Origin: a bacterium
GTDB taxonomy: Bacteria > Hinthialibacterota > Hinthialibacteria > Hinthialibacterales > Hinthialibacteraceae
NCBI GenBank assembly: GCA_041946805.1
Contig: JBHGBC010000156.1
Location: forward strand, 1-14,654
DNA length: 14,654 bases
Reading direction: 5' to 3'
A program made the translations under genes and the position numbers. This document shows, piece by piece, positions 1 to 7,785 of this stretch (positions are counted from its first letter, which is position 1; each line of letters opens with the position of its first letter). The notes beneath the pieces are model-generated. The model was not told where the DNA came from, searched no databases, and saw only the letters and a program-made list of their open reading frames with translations.

Positions 1-12
1 AAGTCACTTTAT

Positions 13-71
13 TGTGGTGCAGACATCTTGTCTGCACAAAATATGGTTGCAGGCAGGATACCTGCACCACA
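13..71. repeat. Inverted pair of REP-like palindromes (REPIN-like doublet)
   Basis: TGTGGTGCAGACATCTTGTCTGCA (13-36) and the reverse complement of 48-71 (TGTGGTGCAGGTATCCTGCCTGCA) are near-identical 24-mers. Each is an internal hairpin, and they are in inverted orientation 11 bp apart. Confidence 0.75.
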
Positions 72-133
72 TTATATCGATCATCACCGTATTATTTTCA
101 CTTTTTGCCGCTTTGTCAGAGCCTGTTTAAAAA

Positions 134-158
134 GCAGGGGCACGTTGCGGCGCGCCCC
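134..158 (+). repeat. REP-like hairpin, GCAG-GGGC type
   Basis: GCAGGGGCACGTTGCGGCGCGCCCC is a tetranucleotide followed by an imperfect GC-rich stem (GGGGCACG/CGCGCCCC). The same GCAGGGGC start occurs at 7551 (-) and 7709 (+). Confidence 0.5.
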
Positions 159-181
159 GATGATAGCGTTTCAGTAAATAT

Positions 182-217
182 GGATGGGTGACGCGCTGCG
201 CACTAACTCATCCTACA
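182..217 (-). repeat. GTAG-family REP-like palindrome
   Basis: The minus strand reads TGTAGGATGAGTTAGTGCGCAGCGCGTCACCCATCC: GTAG followed by an imperfect stem (GGATGAGTTA/TCACCCATCC), the usual GTAG-REP layout. Confidence 0.65.
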
Positions 218-325
218 TAGATTTGCCAGGTGAATCTTACATATGGTTCATCCGGTAAGTGCGCACATTTTATCACGCATGTCCGGCCGCTCTTCCATCG
301 GGCGGGCCGGGGAGATCAACTTCCC

Positions 326-364
326 AATCCCCTCTCCCTCTGGGAGAGGGCTAGGGTGAGGGAA
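326..364 (+). repeat. CCCTCTCCC-N3-GGGAGAGGG palindromic repeat, copy 1
   Basis: AATCCCCTCTCCCTCTGGGAGAGGGCTAGGGTGAGGGAA is 36/39 identical to 3052-3090, and its last 35 nt are 30/35 identical to 10451-10485. Confidence 0.85.
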
Positions 365-572
365 TGCCTTGATAGGGCTAAATCCATCATTGCTCCGCAA
401 CCAGGTTAGTATTAGCAAATTTTCAAAATAAAATGGTTATTAAACAAAATGCTATACTATAAAAATTGCATTTATTTTTTGTCGTTGTCAATTTTATAGC
501 CATATTTTTTAGGAATATATATTTGTCAAGAATAAATTTGAGAAATTTATTATACCAACTAAAAAGGGGATT

Positions 573-2222
573 TTACTTCGGCGCTTCGTACAGCGCGATC
601 AGCGGCACGCCGCCGATCTCCACCGTGGCCAGGGGGCGGCAACGGAAGTAGAGAAACTGCTCCGCCCGGCTGAACATGCCCTGGCGGCACTGCAACAGGT
701 AATAATCGGCGGGATCGCTGATCGTGGCCCGCAGCCAGCCGCGATCGATATAATACTGGACCACCTCAAACGACATGCTGGAGGGCTTGATCGTCTTCCC
801 CTCGGGGACGATCCGGTTGATCGTGTCCAAAACATCCCGGGTGAGGGCGTCGCACCAATAGGTGGTCTCCATGCCCCATTTCCAGGCCCCCTCGACGCCG
901 CCCGCGATTTCGTTGAAATACTCCAGGTAATAGGGGCGGATCTTGGCGTAGCAAACGGCGGGGGGGACGATCAAGGCGGCGAACAGGAACGTGTGAAGAA
1001 TGCCGGATCTGAGTTTTTCTTCCAGTGGACGGACTACCGCGTGATACCCGAAGCCCACCAGGCAGGCGGCAAAGGGAAAGCACGGCAGGAACAACCGGCA
1101 GCCGTCGTAGGCCTTGGCCAGGGGAAGCAGAATGAGGGCCAGGGGCGTGGCGAAATGCAGCAGCAGGAAGAGATGCGCGCCCCCGGGGCCACACCACCAG
1201 GCTCCGCCGGGCAGCGGTTCGCGGTTCCATTTCCAGAGAAGCGGCCGCGCCCATCCCACGATTCCCAGCACCAAAATGAAGCACGGCAGGGTGAAGAGCA
1301 GCATTACCAACGGGTAATGCCAGGGCGTGCGCTGGTGGTAAACCGTCCCCAGATAATACAGCGGGATGGGAGTCTTGGAGGCGTAATCGAAAAACCGTTC
1401 GACGATCCGGTTCCAGGTATCGTGCCACAGCCAGGGCTGCAGGCCGATGTACAGAAGGGGAGTCAGCAGGCACGCCCAGGCGGCCGCCTGGAAGGCCCGT
1501 TGCCAATACTCGCGTTCCCGCCAGTGGAAGGTCCAGATCATCAGCAACACCCAGGTGAGCAAGGGAAACGGCAGGAACACGGCATGCAGTTTGGTGGAAA
1601 ACGCCAGGGCATAGGACAGCCCGAACCAGAACGGCCGCAGTTTTCCATGCAGGACCAGAAAGCCGGCCGCGGCCGCCCAGAACCACCAACACATGATGGG
1701 TACATCCAAACTGAAGACATGCGCGTGGCCGAATACGCGCGGCATGAAGGCCAGGGACAACGCGCCGGCCAGCGCCGGGGCGCGGGGCAAGACCATTCGC
1801 AAGAACAGGTAGATCGAAGCCAGCAGGACCGAGAATTTCACCGCGGAGGGGATCCTCAGGGCCACGATTTCATCCACGAACGGCGAAAAGAGCAAATACG
1901 AAACAGCGGCCAGGGTGCGCGGGGGCGAGGGATGATCGGACCGGGTGTACCAGTACTGATCGATCGTCTCTTGGGAAAAGGGCGCGGCCAGGGTGAAGAG
2001 GCCCCGAATCCATGCGGCCTGGCTCTTGGCGGCGGGGAAGTTGGGCGCGCCTTCGTCCCAGGTCACTCCCGGCATTGACAATTCGCTGAAAAGCCAAAGA
2101 AAAACCGCCAGGGCCAGGACCAGGGAGATCAAAAAGTCCCGGCTTTCCAGGCGGTTGAAGGCGGACACGGTTTCCGGAACGGGAGGCGCGATGTCAGGCA
2201 TGTCAAGCGGGTGGCCAATCAT
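573..2222 (-). CDS. GT-C fold integral membrane glycosyltransferase (ArnT/PMT_2, GT83/GT39-like)
   Basis: 549 aa with many hydrophobic helices. TWDE motif follows the first TM helix, then DHP, a mid-protein STKLHA and a C-terminal YFNEIAGG...ETTYW soluble region. The start could alternatively be the ATG at 2201. Confidence 0.8.
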   Translation of the reverse strand: MIGHPLDMPDIAPPVPETVSAFNRLESRDFLISLVLALAVFLWLFSELSMPGVTWDEGAPNFPAAKSQAAWIRGLFTLAAPFSQETIDQYWYTRSDHPSPPRTLAAVSYLLFSPFVDEIVALRIPSAVKFSVLLASIYLFLRMVLPRAPALAGALSLAFMPRVFGHAHVFSLDVPIMCWWFWAAAAGFLVLHGKLRPFWFGLSYALAFSTKLHAVFLPFPLLTWVLLMIWTFHWREREYWQRAFQAAAWACLLTPLLYIGLQPWLWHDTWNRIVERFFDYASKTPIPLYYLGTVYHQRTPWHYPLVMLLFTLPCFILVLGIVGWARPLLWKWNREPLPGGAWWCGPGGAHLFLLLHFATPLALILLPLAKAYDGCRLFLPCFPFAACLVGFGYHAVVRPLEEKLRSGILHTFLFAALIVPPAVCYAKIRPYYLEYFNEIAGGVEGAWKWGMETTYWCDALTRDVLDTINRIVPEGKTIKPSSMSFEVVQYYIDRGWLRATISDPADYYLLQCRQGMFSRAEQFLYFRCRPLATVEIGGVPLIALYEAPK

Positions 2223-2931
2223 GAGGTTTGCGCGCGGCGGCGATATAGTTCAGCGCGTAGAGTTTGCGTTTTTCGACGCGCTCGTCGATCCAACATACGG
2301 CTTTGGCATACCCTGAGTTTAGCCGAACCGCCAGCCGGTTGATACCCGGAATGCCAAAGAACAATGCCTTGACGACCATCGAGGGGATATGCCCCAAAAA
2401 AGAGAGCAAGCCGCCCGCGGGTTGGATTTCCTCTATGGCAAATCCGGCGCGGTGCAGCATTACGCCGAGGCCGTGGCGGGTGTAGCGGAAATAATCGTGC
2501 GGCTCATTGTGAAGATAGGCCAAATGCGGAACGCTGAGCAACAAGGCGCCGCCCGGTTTCAAACAGCGGAAAAACTCGCGCAAGGCCCGTTCGGGATCCG
2601 GCACATGCTCCAGCACCTGCAGGCAGAGGATGGAATCGAGCGTCCCGTCCCGGAGGGGAAGATCGAGCACGGAGCCAGCGATCTTCAATCCCGGCCGGAG
2701 TTGGACATCCAGCGGGATGTATTCCTCCACATATTGATCCACCGGGCAGGCAAAAGCCGTGCGGCCCGCGCCCGCGTCCAGGCAGCGGCCGCGCAGGTAT
2801 TGGCGCAGCCGGGGCCGCAAGGCGCGGTACAGGCTCCAGCGGGTGGGCGAGAGGGAGAAATAATCTACATCGCCCGCCAGCCGGTCGGCGGTGGCGCGGT
2901 CGCGTTGTTTCAGCCAATCATAGAAGCTCAT
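2203..2931 (-). CDS. Class I SAM-dependent methyltransferase (Methyltransf_11-like)
   Basis: Motif I CLDAGAG, then LCLQVLEHVPDP, LKPGG and HNEPHDYFRYT, as seen in methyltransferases of glycan/polysaccharide loci. Overlaps the start of the next gene. Confidence 0.88.
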   Translation of the reverse strand: MSFYDWLKQRDRATADRLAGDVDYFSLSPTRWSLYRALRPRLRQYLRGRCLDAGAGRTAFACPVDQYVEEYIPLDVQLRPGLKIAGSVLDLPLRDGTLDSILCLQVLEHVPDPERALREFFRCLKPGGALLLSVPHLAYLHNEPHDYFRYTRHGLGVMLHRAGFAIEEIQPAGGLLSFLGHIPSMVVKALFFGIPGINRLAVRLNSGYAKAVCWIDERVEKRKLYALNYIAAARKPHDWPPA

Positions 2932-3006
2932 GGCATTTCATTTCATCCGGGGAACCCTGTACCGGTTTGCGGTCAATCTATCGAGCATCAACGGCATGGC
3001 ATGAAT

Positions 3007-3030
3007 GTAGCCCAGGGAGTAAGCCCTGGG
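3007..3030 (+). repeat. GTAG-CCCAGGG/CCCTGGG REP-like hairpin
   Basis: GTAG CCCAGGG AGTAAG CCCTGGG: a perfect 7-bp stem preceded by GTAG, in an intergenic gap. Confidence 0.6.
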
Positions 3031-3051
3031 AAAGACAAAACCATAGTAATG

Positions 3052-3090
3052 AATCCCCTCTCCCTTTGGGAGAGGATTAGGGTGAGGGAA
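3052..3090 (+). repeat. CCCTCTCCC-N3-GGGAGAGG palindromic repeat, copy 2
   Basis: AATCCCCTCTCCCTTTGGGAGAGGATTAGGGTGAGGGAA, 36/39 identical to 326-364, lying 40 bp past the GT4 stop codon. Confidence 0.85.
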
Positions 3091-3130
3091 GCCCGGAAAG
3101 GGCGAAATTCATCCTACCTTTGCTATCGAG

Positions 3131-4327
3131 TTAACCGTTATCGTCCAGGATTTGCCGGTACAGATCATAGTAGCGCGCGGCCACGCCGGCCCAGCTGAAA
3201 TTATAGGCGTGTTCACGAGACCGGATTCCCATTTCCCGCACTGTCCCGGTATGAGTGAGCCATTGCGTCAGCATCTCCGCCAGGCGGCCGGCGTCTCCGG
3301 GGGGGATGATCGCCCCGTTGCCGGCAATCAGCTCGCGGCTGCCGCCCGTGTCCGTCAGCAACAAGGGCAAGCCGCATGCCATGGCTTCGAGCGCGGCGTT
3401 GGACATCCCCTCGGCATACGACGGCAGGACAAAGATATCACACCGGGGCAGGAAAGCGGCCACTTGTTCCTTCTCCATCCTCCCGTGGAAATGTACCCGT
3501 TCGGTGATCCTCAAGAATGCGGCCAGATTCCGCAGAGGCATTTCCTCGGGTCCGTCACCGATGATATGGCACTGGAATGGCTGATTCGCGGCGGCGAGCC
3601 GGGCGCAGGCCCGCAGCAGGACATCAATGCCCTTGCGGGGGATCAACCGGGCGGCCGTGACAATGGACATTTCCCGGTTGGCATCCTGTGCGCCTTTAGC
3701 TTCGCGTGGTGTGAATTGCTCCAAATCGACGCCGTTGGGTATCACACCGGCCTGAAGATGGGGGAACTGGGATTCAAAAAGCTCCTTCAATCCTTGGCTG
3801 TTGGCCACCACGCGGCGGGCGGAACCGTAAATGCGTTTGAACAGGGGACGAAGAAAAATGTAATCCAGCGAGAAACGGCGGTTGTAACCGGGAACGTCCG
3901 ATCCCCGCACGGAGACCAGGTAAGGAAAATGAAACCGGTTCCAGTAGGCAAGCCATCCGGAAGGAAAGCCGAAAAACACATGGCATAAATCAAAGTGGTT
4001 ATTTTGAAGAAACTGGCGCAAAAACGCGCGGTGGATAAGCAAATAACGGAGGACTTCGGAGCGCCGCCAGTAAAGCAGGTCGCGCTTGGGCTGGGGCAGG
4101 CGGTGGATCCGCACGTTGGGCGCGAAAGATTCGTGGACCGGCTCGGTTTTGATTGTGGTGGTGATCAGGGTGACCTGAAGATCGGGATAACGAGTCATTT
4201 CGCGCAGGATATGCCGATGCGCGTTGCCGCCTCCCCCGCCGATGGGGGGAAACTCGTAATTCAAGGCCAAAACACACGGCCCGGGGAGATATTCCAGGGG
4301 ACCGGCGGACCGGGGATCAGCGGTCAT
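3131..4327 (-). CDS. Glycosyltransferase family 4 (GT-B, RfaB-like)
   Basis: N-terminal NYEFPPIGGGG, then VRGSDVPG, IPNGVD, RLIPRKG and the EGMSNAALEAMACGLP (EX7E) motif. Start re-assigned to the ATG at 4327 (398 aa), overlapping the end of zapA by 11 bp. The upstream extension in the ORF track lies inside zapA. Confidence 0.9.
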   Translation of the reverse strand: MTADPRSAGPLEYLPGPCVLALNYEFPPIGGGGGNAHRHILREMTRYPDLQVTLITTTIKTEPVHESFAPNVRIHRLPQPKRDLLYWRRSEVLRYLLIHRAFLRQFLQNNHFDLCHVFFGFPSGWLAYWNRFHFPYLVSVRGSDVPGYNRRFSLDYIFLRPLFKRIYGSARRVVANSQGLKELFESQFPHLQAGVIPNGVDLEQFTPREAKGAQDANREMSIVTAARLIPRKGIDVLLRACARLAAANQPFQCHIIGDGPEEMPLRNLAAFLRITERVHFHGRMEKEQVAAFLPRCDIFVLPSYAEGMSNAALEAMACGLPLLLTDTGGSRELIAGNGAIIPPGDAGRLAEMLTQWLTHTGTVREMGIRSREHAYNFSWAGVAARYYDLYRQILDDNG

Positions 4328-4613
4328 CCAGGTGAATGGTTTTATCCAGGATCTGGCCGGCCTTTTCCGCCGCCGCTTCGAGCATCCCGTCCCGAGACTG
4401 GGCATGGCGCAAATCGTCGGCGATGTTGATGGCGGCCAGAAGGGCGATCTGCAGGGCGGAGGCGGTGGGGGAATGGTTGGCGATTTCCTGAATCCGCGCC
4501 CGCACATACTCGCAGACCTGGCGGACGGCTTGAGGATGGTCTCCTCCGCGCAGTTGCAACCGGACGCCTAAGATCTCGACAGTGATGATATTGGAATCGC
4601 TGGCCATGCTCAT
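4317..4613 (-). CDS. zapA: Cell division protein ZapA
   Basis: 98 aa. ITVEILGVRLQL...YVRARIQEI...IALLAAINIADDL matches the ZapA pattern, and the position after pheT and a ZapB-like gene is the usual one. Confidence 0.88.
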   Translation of the reverse strand: MSMASDSNIITVEILGVRLQLRGGDHPQAVRQVCEYVRARIQEIANHSPTASALQIALLAAINIADDLRHAQSRDGMLEAAAEKAGQILDKTIHLDDR

Positions 4614-4637
4614 GGCTCCAGGATACGAGGCTGGTAT

Positions 4638-4874
4638 TTAGGATTCCATCTGTTCGATTTTATTGATGATGGCTTGGATGCGTTCCCGCACTTCCATCCG
4701 CGTTTCGTTCACGGTATGCACTTGGCCCGCCAGTTCATCCCGTTGGCGCTGGATTTCACCGATCTCCGCTTGCAGGCGGCCGCGTTCCTCCCGCAAAACA
4801 CTGATCGTGTGCATCAATTCCTCAACCCGTTGGTCCAGGGATTCCAATATTTCCAGAAGATTTTCATTGCTCAT
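4638..4874 (-). CDS. zapB: ZapB-like short coiled-coil cell division protein
   Basis: 78 aa, almost entirely heptad coiled coil (LESLDQRVEELMHTISVLREE...VRERIQAIINKIE). GAGG RBS upstream and immediately before zapA. Confidence 0.7.
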   Translation of the reverse strand: MSNENLLEILESLDQRVEELMHTISVLREERGRLQAEIGEIQRQRDELAGQVHTVNETRMEVRERIQAIINKIEQMES

Positions 4875-4891
4875 TGCGTTTCCTCATTGTC

Positions 4892-7309
4892 TCACGAGCG
4901 GAGTTGTACGTCGAGTTCTTTTTTCAAACGGGACAGAATCTTCCCGATCATCGCGTCGATATCGGATTCCGTCAGGGTTCCTTCCGGAGAGCGGAAGGTC
5001 AGGCGGAATCCAAGGCTGACCGTCCCCTCGGCTACTTGTTGGCCTTGATAATAATCAAACAAGCGCAAGTCTTCCAGGAGCGCGCCGGCTTCCTGGCGGA
5101 TTATGTCTTCCACTTGCCGGGATGTCCCCGGGCGGGGGAGCAACAGCGCCAGGTCCCGCTTGACGGCGGGGAAGATGGAATACGGCCGGTACGCGATGTC
5201 CGCCTCCCGCCAAAAACGGGTCAACGTGAGCAGATCGAGTTCGGCCACTAGCACCCGCCCCGGCAGCTCGTACGATTCGGCGAGGGCCGGGTGCAGCTCA
5301 CCGAAATAGCCGGCGGTTTGCTGGACGGCGTCCACGGTCACGCCCCGCTTGGGATGCAGGCACTCCGGTCCAGGCAAAAGCCGGCAGCGCTTGAGGCCGC
5401 AGAGGGAGAATAGGTTCTCCAGCAGCCCTTTGATGTCGAAGAAATCAAATTCCGGCCGGCCGTCGCGCCATCCGGCGTGGGGATTGCCGAGAATCACCAC
5501 GCCGATTTTCTTCTTCTCCCGCGTGGTTTCTCCCGATGCCAGATACACGGCGGCGATTTCGAACAGGCCGAAGTCCTGGTTGCCGCGGGTGATGTTGCGG
5601 CGGGCTGATTGCAGCAGCGAAGGCAACAGGCTGGAGCGCATGGCGGCTTCGCGGACGTTGATCGGATTCTGGATGGTGGCGGCCGGGTGATCCAACTCCG
5701 CCTCCTCCCGGGGGAACGCCCCGAGCAACTCCGGATCGGTAAAGCTGTAAGTCACCGCCTCATCCAATCCCTGGGACACGAAAAACTGGCGGATCTGCTT
5801 GACCAGTTCGCGGTCCACTTCCTGCGGTTCCGGCGGCTTGACGGGCGCCCGGAGGATAGTGGGGGTAAACTCGTTGTATCCGTGGCAGCGGGCCACTTCT
5901 TCCACCAGGTCCGCTTCGAGGGTGATGTCCTGGCGGAACGAGGGAATCCGCACGGTGATGGATTCCACGTCCCGCTTTTTTACCGGGATTTGAAGCGAAG
6001 CAAAAATGGTCTCGATCCGTTCCGGAGGCACGGTTTGGCCCAGCAGCCGGTTGCAGTAGGCGAAATGCAAGGTCATGTCGCGGCCACGCAGGTGTTCCAG
6101 ACGCGCGGCGTCCGCCGTGTCGGCGATCCCCAGGCGTCCCGCGATCCGCCCGCCGGTCAATTCGGCGATCAGCCGGGCGCAACGGTGCGAAGCGGCGTTG
6201 ACTGTCTCGAAATCCACGCCGCGCTCGAAGCGGTACGAGGCTTCCGATCCCAGCCCCAGTTTCTTGGAGGTCCGGCGGATGCAGGGCGGGTCGAAATAGG
6301 CGCTCTCCAGCAGGATGGACGTGGTTTCCGCGCTGACCTCGCTTTCCTGCCCGCCCATGACGCCGGCGACGGCCACCGGCCGGGCGGCATCGCAAATGGC
6401 CAACATCGTCTCATCGAGGGCGCGGTCTTCGCCGTCAATGGTGCGGATCCGTTCTCCCGCCCGGGCGCGGCGGACGACGATGCGCTTTTCTTCCAATTGA
6501 TCCAGGTCGAAGGCGTGCAACGGCTGGCCCAGTTCCATGAGGACCAGGTTGGTGGCGTCCACGACATTGTTAACGCTGCGCAGGCCGCAAGCCTCCAGGC
6601 GCTTGACCAGCCACCCGGGCGAAGAGCCGACGCGGACATCCCGGATCACCCGGGCGGTGTACCGGGGGCACAGATCCCCGTCGCGCAACTCGACGGAGGG
6701 GACATAATCCAGTTCCACATCGGCTGCAGGATCGGTAACCTCCGGTCCCCGCAACGCTTGGCCACAGGCCGCGGCCAGTTCCCGGGCGATCCCCAAGGCG
6801 CAGAGGGCGTCCGGCCGGTTGGGAGTGACGTTGATCTCGAAAAGCGTATCGTTCAGTCCCAGAAAATCCACCAGGCGGCGGCCCAGGGGCGCGTCCGGAG
6901 GCAGGATCATGATCCCGGCATGGTCGTCGCCCAGCCCGAGTTCGCGGGTGGAGCAGAGCATGCCTTCCGAATAAATCCCCCGGATTTTGCGTTTTTCAAG
7001 TTTAAAGTTCCCCGGCAGTACAGTGCCGATTTGCGCGAGGGCCACGCAATCGCCCGCCTTCATGTTGGACGCGCCGCAGACAATGGCGTAGTTCCGGGAA
7101 CCGTCGGTTACGTCGCACAAAGTGAGTTTATCGGCGTTGGGATGGGGCTTCAGGGCGAGAATTTTGGCGACGAGGATGTCCTGGATTGCGGCTCCCGGAG
7201 ATGAAAATTCCTCGATTTCGAAGCCGCGCATGGTAAGCAGCGCGGCAGCTTCGGCAGGTGCGGGAAGGCCATCAACCATTTCCTGGAGCCAGGAGTAGGG
7301 GAGTTTCAT
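4892..7309 (-). CDS. pheT: Phenylalanine--tRNA ligase beta subunit
   Basis: 805 aa. MKLPYSWL start, HPNADKL/IVCGA/SEGMLCS tRNA-binding OB domain, TPNRPD, RFERGVD, DLVEEVAR and a C-terminal FDX-ACB domain (FPAVKRDLAL). Confidence 0.98.
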   Translation of the reverse strand: MKLPYSWLQEMVDGLPAPAEAAALLTMRGFEIEEFSSPGAAIQDILVAKILALKPHPNADKLTLCDVTDGSRNYAIVCGASNMKAGDCVALAQIGTVLPGNFKLEKRKIRGIYSEGMLCSTRELGLGDDHAGIMILPPDAPLGRRLVDFLGLNDTLFEINVTPNRPDALCALGIARELAAACGQALRGPEVTDPAADVELDYVPSVELRDGDLCPRYTARVIRDVRVGSSPGWLVKRLEACGLRSVNNVVDATNLVLMELGQPLHAFDLDQLEEKRIVVRRARAGERIRTIDGEDRALDETMLAICDAARPVAVAGVMGGQESEVSAETTSILLESAYFDPPCIRRTSKKLGLGSEASYRFERGVDFETVNAASHRCARLIAELTGGRIAGRLGIADTADAARLEHLRGRDMTLHFAYCNRLLGQTVPPERIETIFASLQIPVKKRDVESITVRIPSFRQDITLEADLVEEVARCHGYNEFTPTILRAPVKPPEPQEVDRELVKQIRQFFVSQGLDEAVTYSFTDPELLGAFPREEAELDHPAATIQNPINVREAAMRSSLLPSLLQSARRNITRGNQDFGLFEIAAVYLASGETTREKKKIGVVILGNPHAGWRDGRPEFDFFDIKGLLENLFSLCGLKRCRLLPGPECLHPKRGVTVDAVQQTAGYFGELHPALAESYELPGRVLVAELDLLTLTRFWREADIAYRPYSIFPAVKRDLALLLPRPGTSRQVEDIIRQEAGALLEDLRLFDYYQGQQVAEGTVSLGFRLTFRSPEGTLTESDIDAMIGKILSRLKKELDVQLRS

Positions 7310-7375
7310 AATGAGGGATTCACAATTATTTGTAAAATATAGGATTGTATAATTGATTTCAACAGTTGGTTCCGA

Positions 7376-7404
7376 ATCCTATCCAGCCCGGGAAACCCCG
7401 TCAA
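7376..7404 (-). promoter_or_regulatory. Putative sigma70-type promoter for pheT-zapB-zapA
   Basis: The minus strand reads TTGACG-N17-TAGGAT, with the -10 ending 66 bp upstream of the pheT ATG. Confidence 0.6.
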
Positions 7405-7525
7405 GAGGCGGGATTCAGGAGTGGAAAACTGTAAACGGCCGATCTCCTCGGTCCTGTTGAGTTTTGGTTCACCCGACAAGTGGGTACCTGCTGGTGAAGA
7501 AGGCATTCCATCCACGCGATGATTC

Positions 7526-7552
7526 GGCCGGACACCCGGGTCCGCCCCTGCA
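7526..7552 (-). repeat. REP-like hairpin, GCAG-GGGC type
   Basis: Minus strand TGCAGGGGCGGACCCGGGTGTCCGGCC with imperfect stem GGCGGAC/GTCCGGCC. Confidence 0.55.
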
Positions 7553-7707
7553 AAAATTCCCTCGCCGCCAATCCCCGCGGCGGATTCCAATATGCTGGGC
7601 GGGAAGGAAACGAACGTCCTTCGGTATCGGAATAAAGGAATTGCAATACGATTTCCCCATCCCGGACGCAGTTTCCGGAAGAAACGGAATTACGGGAGCG
7701 CCGGCCA

Positions 7708-7736
7708 AGCAGGGGCATGCTTCCATGGGCCCTGCT
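7708..7736 (+). repeat. REP-like hairpin, GCAG-GGGC type
   Basis: AGCAGGGGCATGCTTCCATGGGCCCTGCT with stems AGCAGGG/CCCTGCT and CATG/CATG. Confidence 0.45.
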
Positions 7737-7785
7737 GCCCTCTCCTGAATTTCCAGGCACGCCTCTCCGAATCCGCAAAAAACCC

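Noticed and set aside
118..133. AGAGCCTGTTTAAAAA (and TAAGAACCTGTCT at 14574-14586), reminiscent of IS5-family ends
   Set aside because: Too short, with no partner inverted repeat or transposase in the window.
13..364. Palindromic cluster considered as a CRISPR array
   Set aside because: The units differ from one another, spacing is irregular and there are no cas genes.
466..651. 61-aa ORF in the AT-rich island
   Set aside because: TTG start with no RBS, it runs antisense into the 3' end of the GT-C gene, and its hydrophobicity just reflects T-rich DNA.
4328..4507. 60-codon N-terminal extension of GT4 in the ORF track (possible ZapA-GT4 frameshift fusion)
   Set aside because: It is an alternative frame of zapA with low-complexity Pro/Arg sequence. 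There is no convincing slippery site, and the ATG at 4327 already gives a normal-sized GT4.
5609..7204. 531-aa plus-strand ORF, and similar long antisense ORFs (993-2078, 2389-3198, 3152-3988, 11462-12832, 13153-13950, 13362-14264)
   Set aside because: They lie antisense to well-supported genes and show no recognisable motifs. Such shadow ORFs are expected from GC-rich codon usage.
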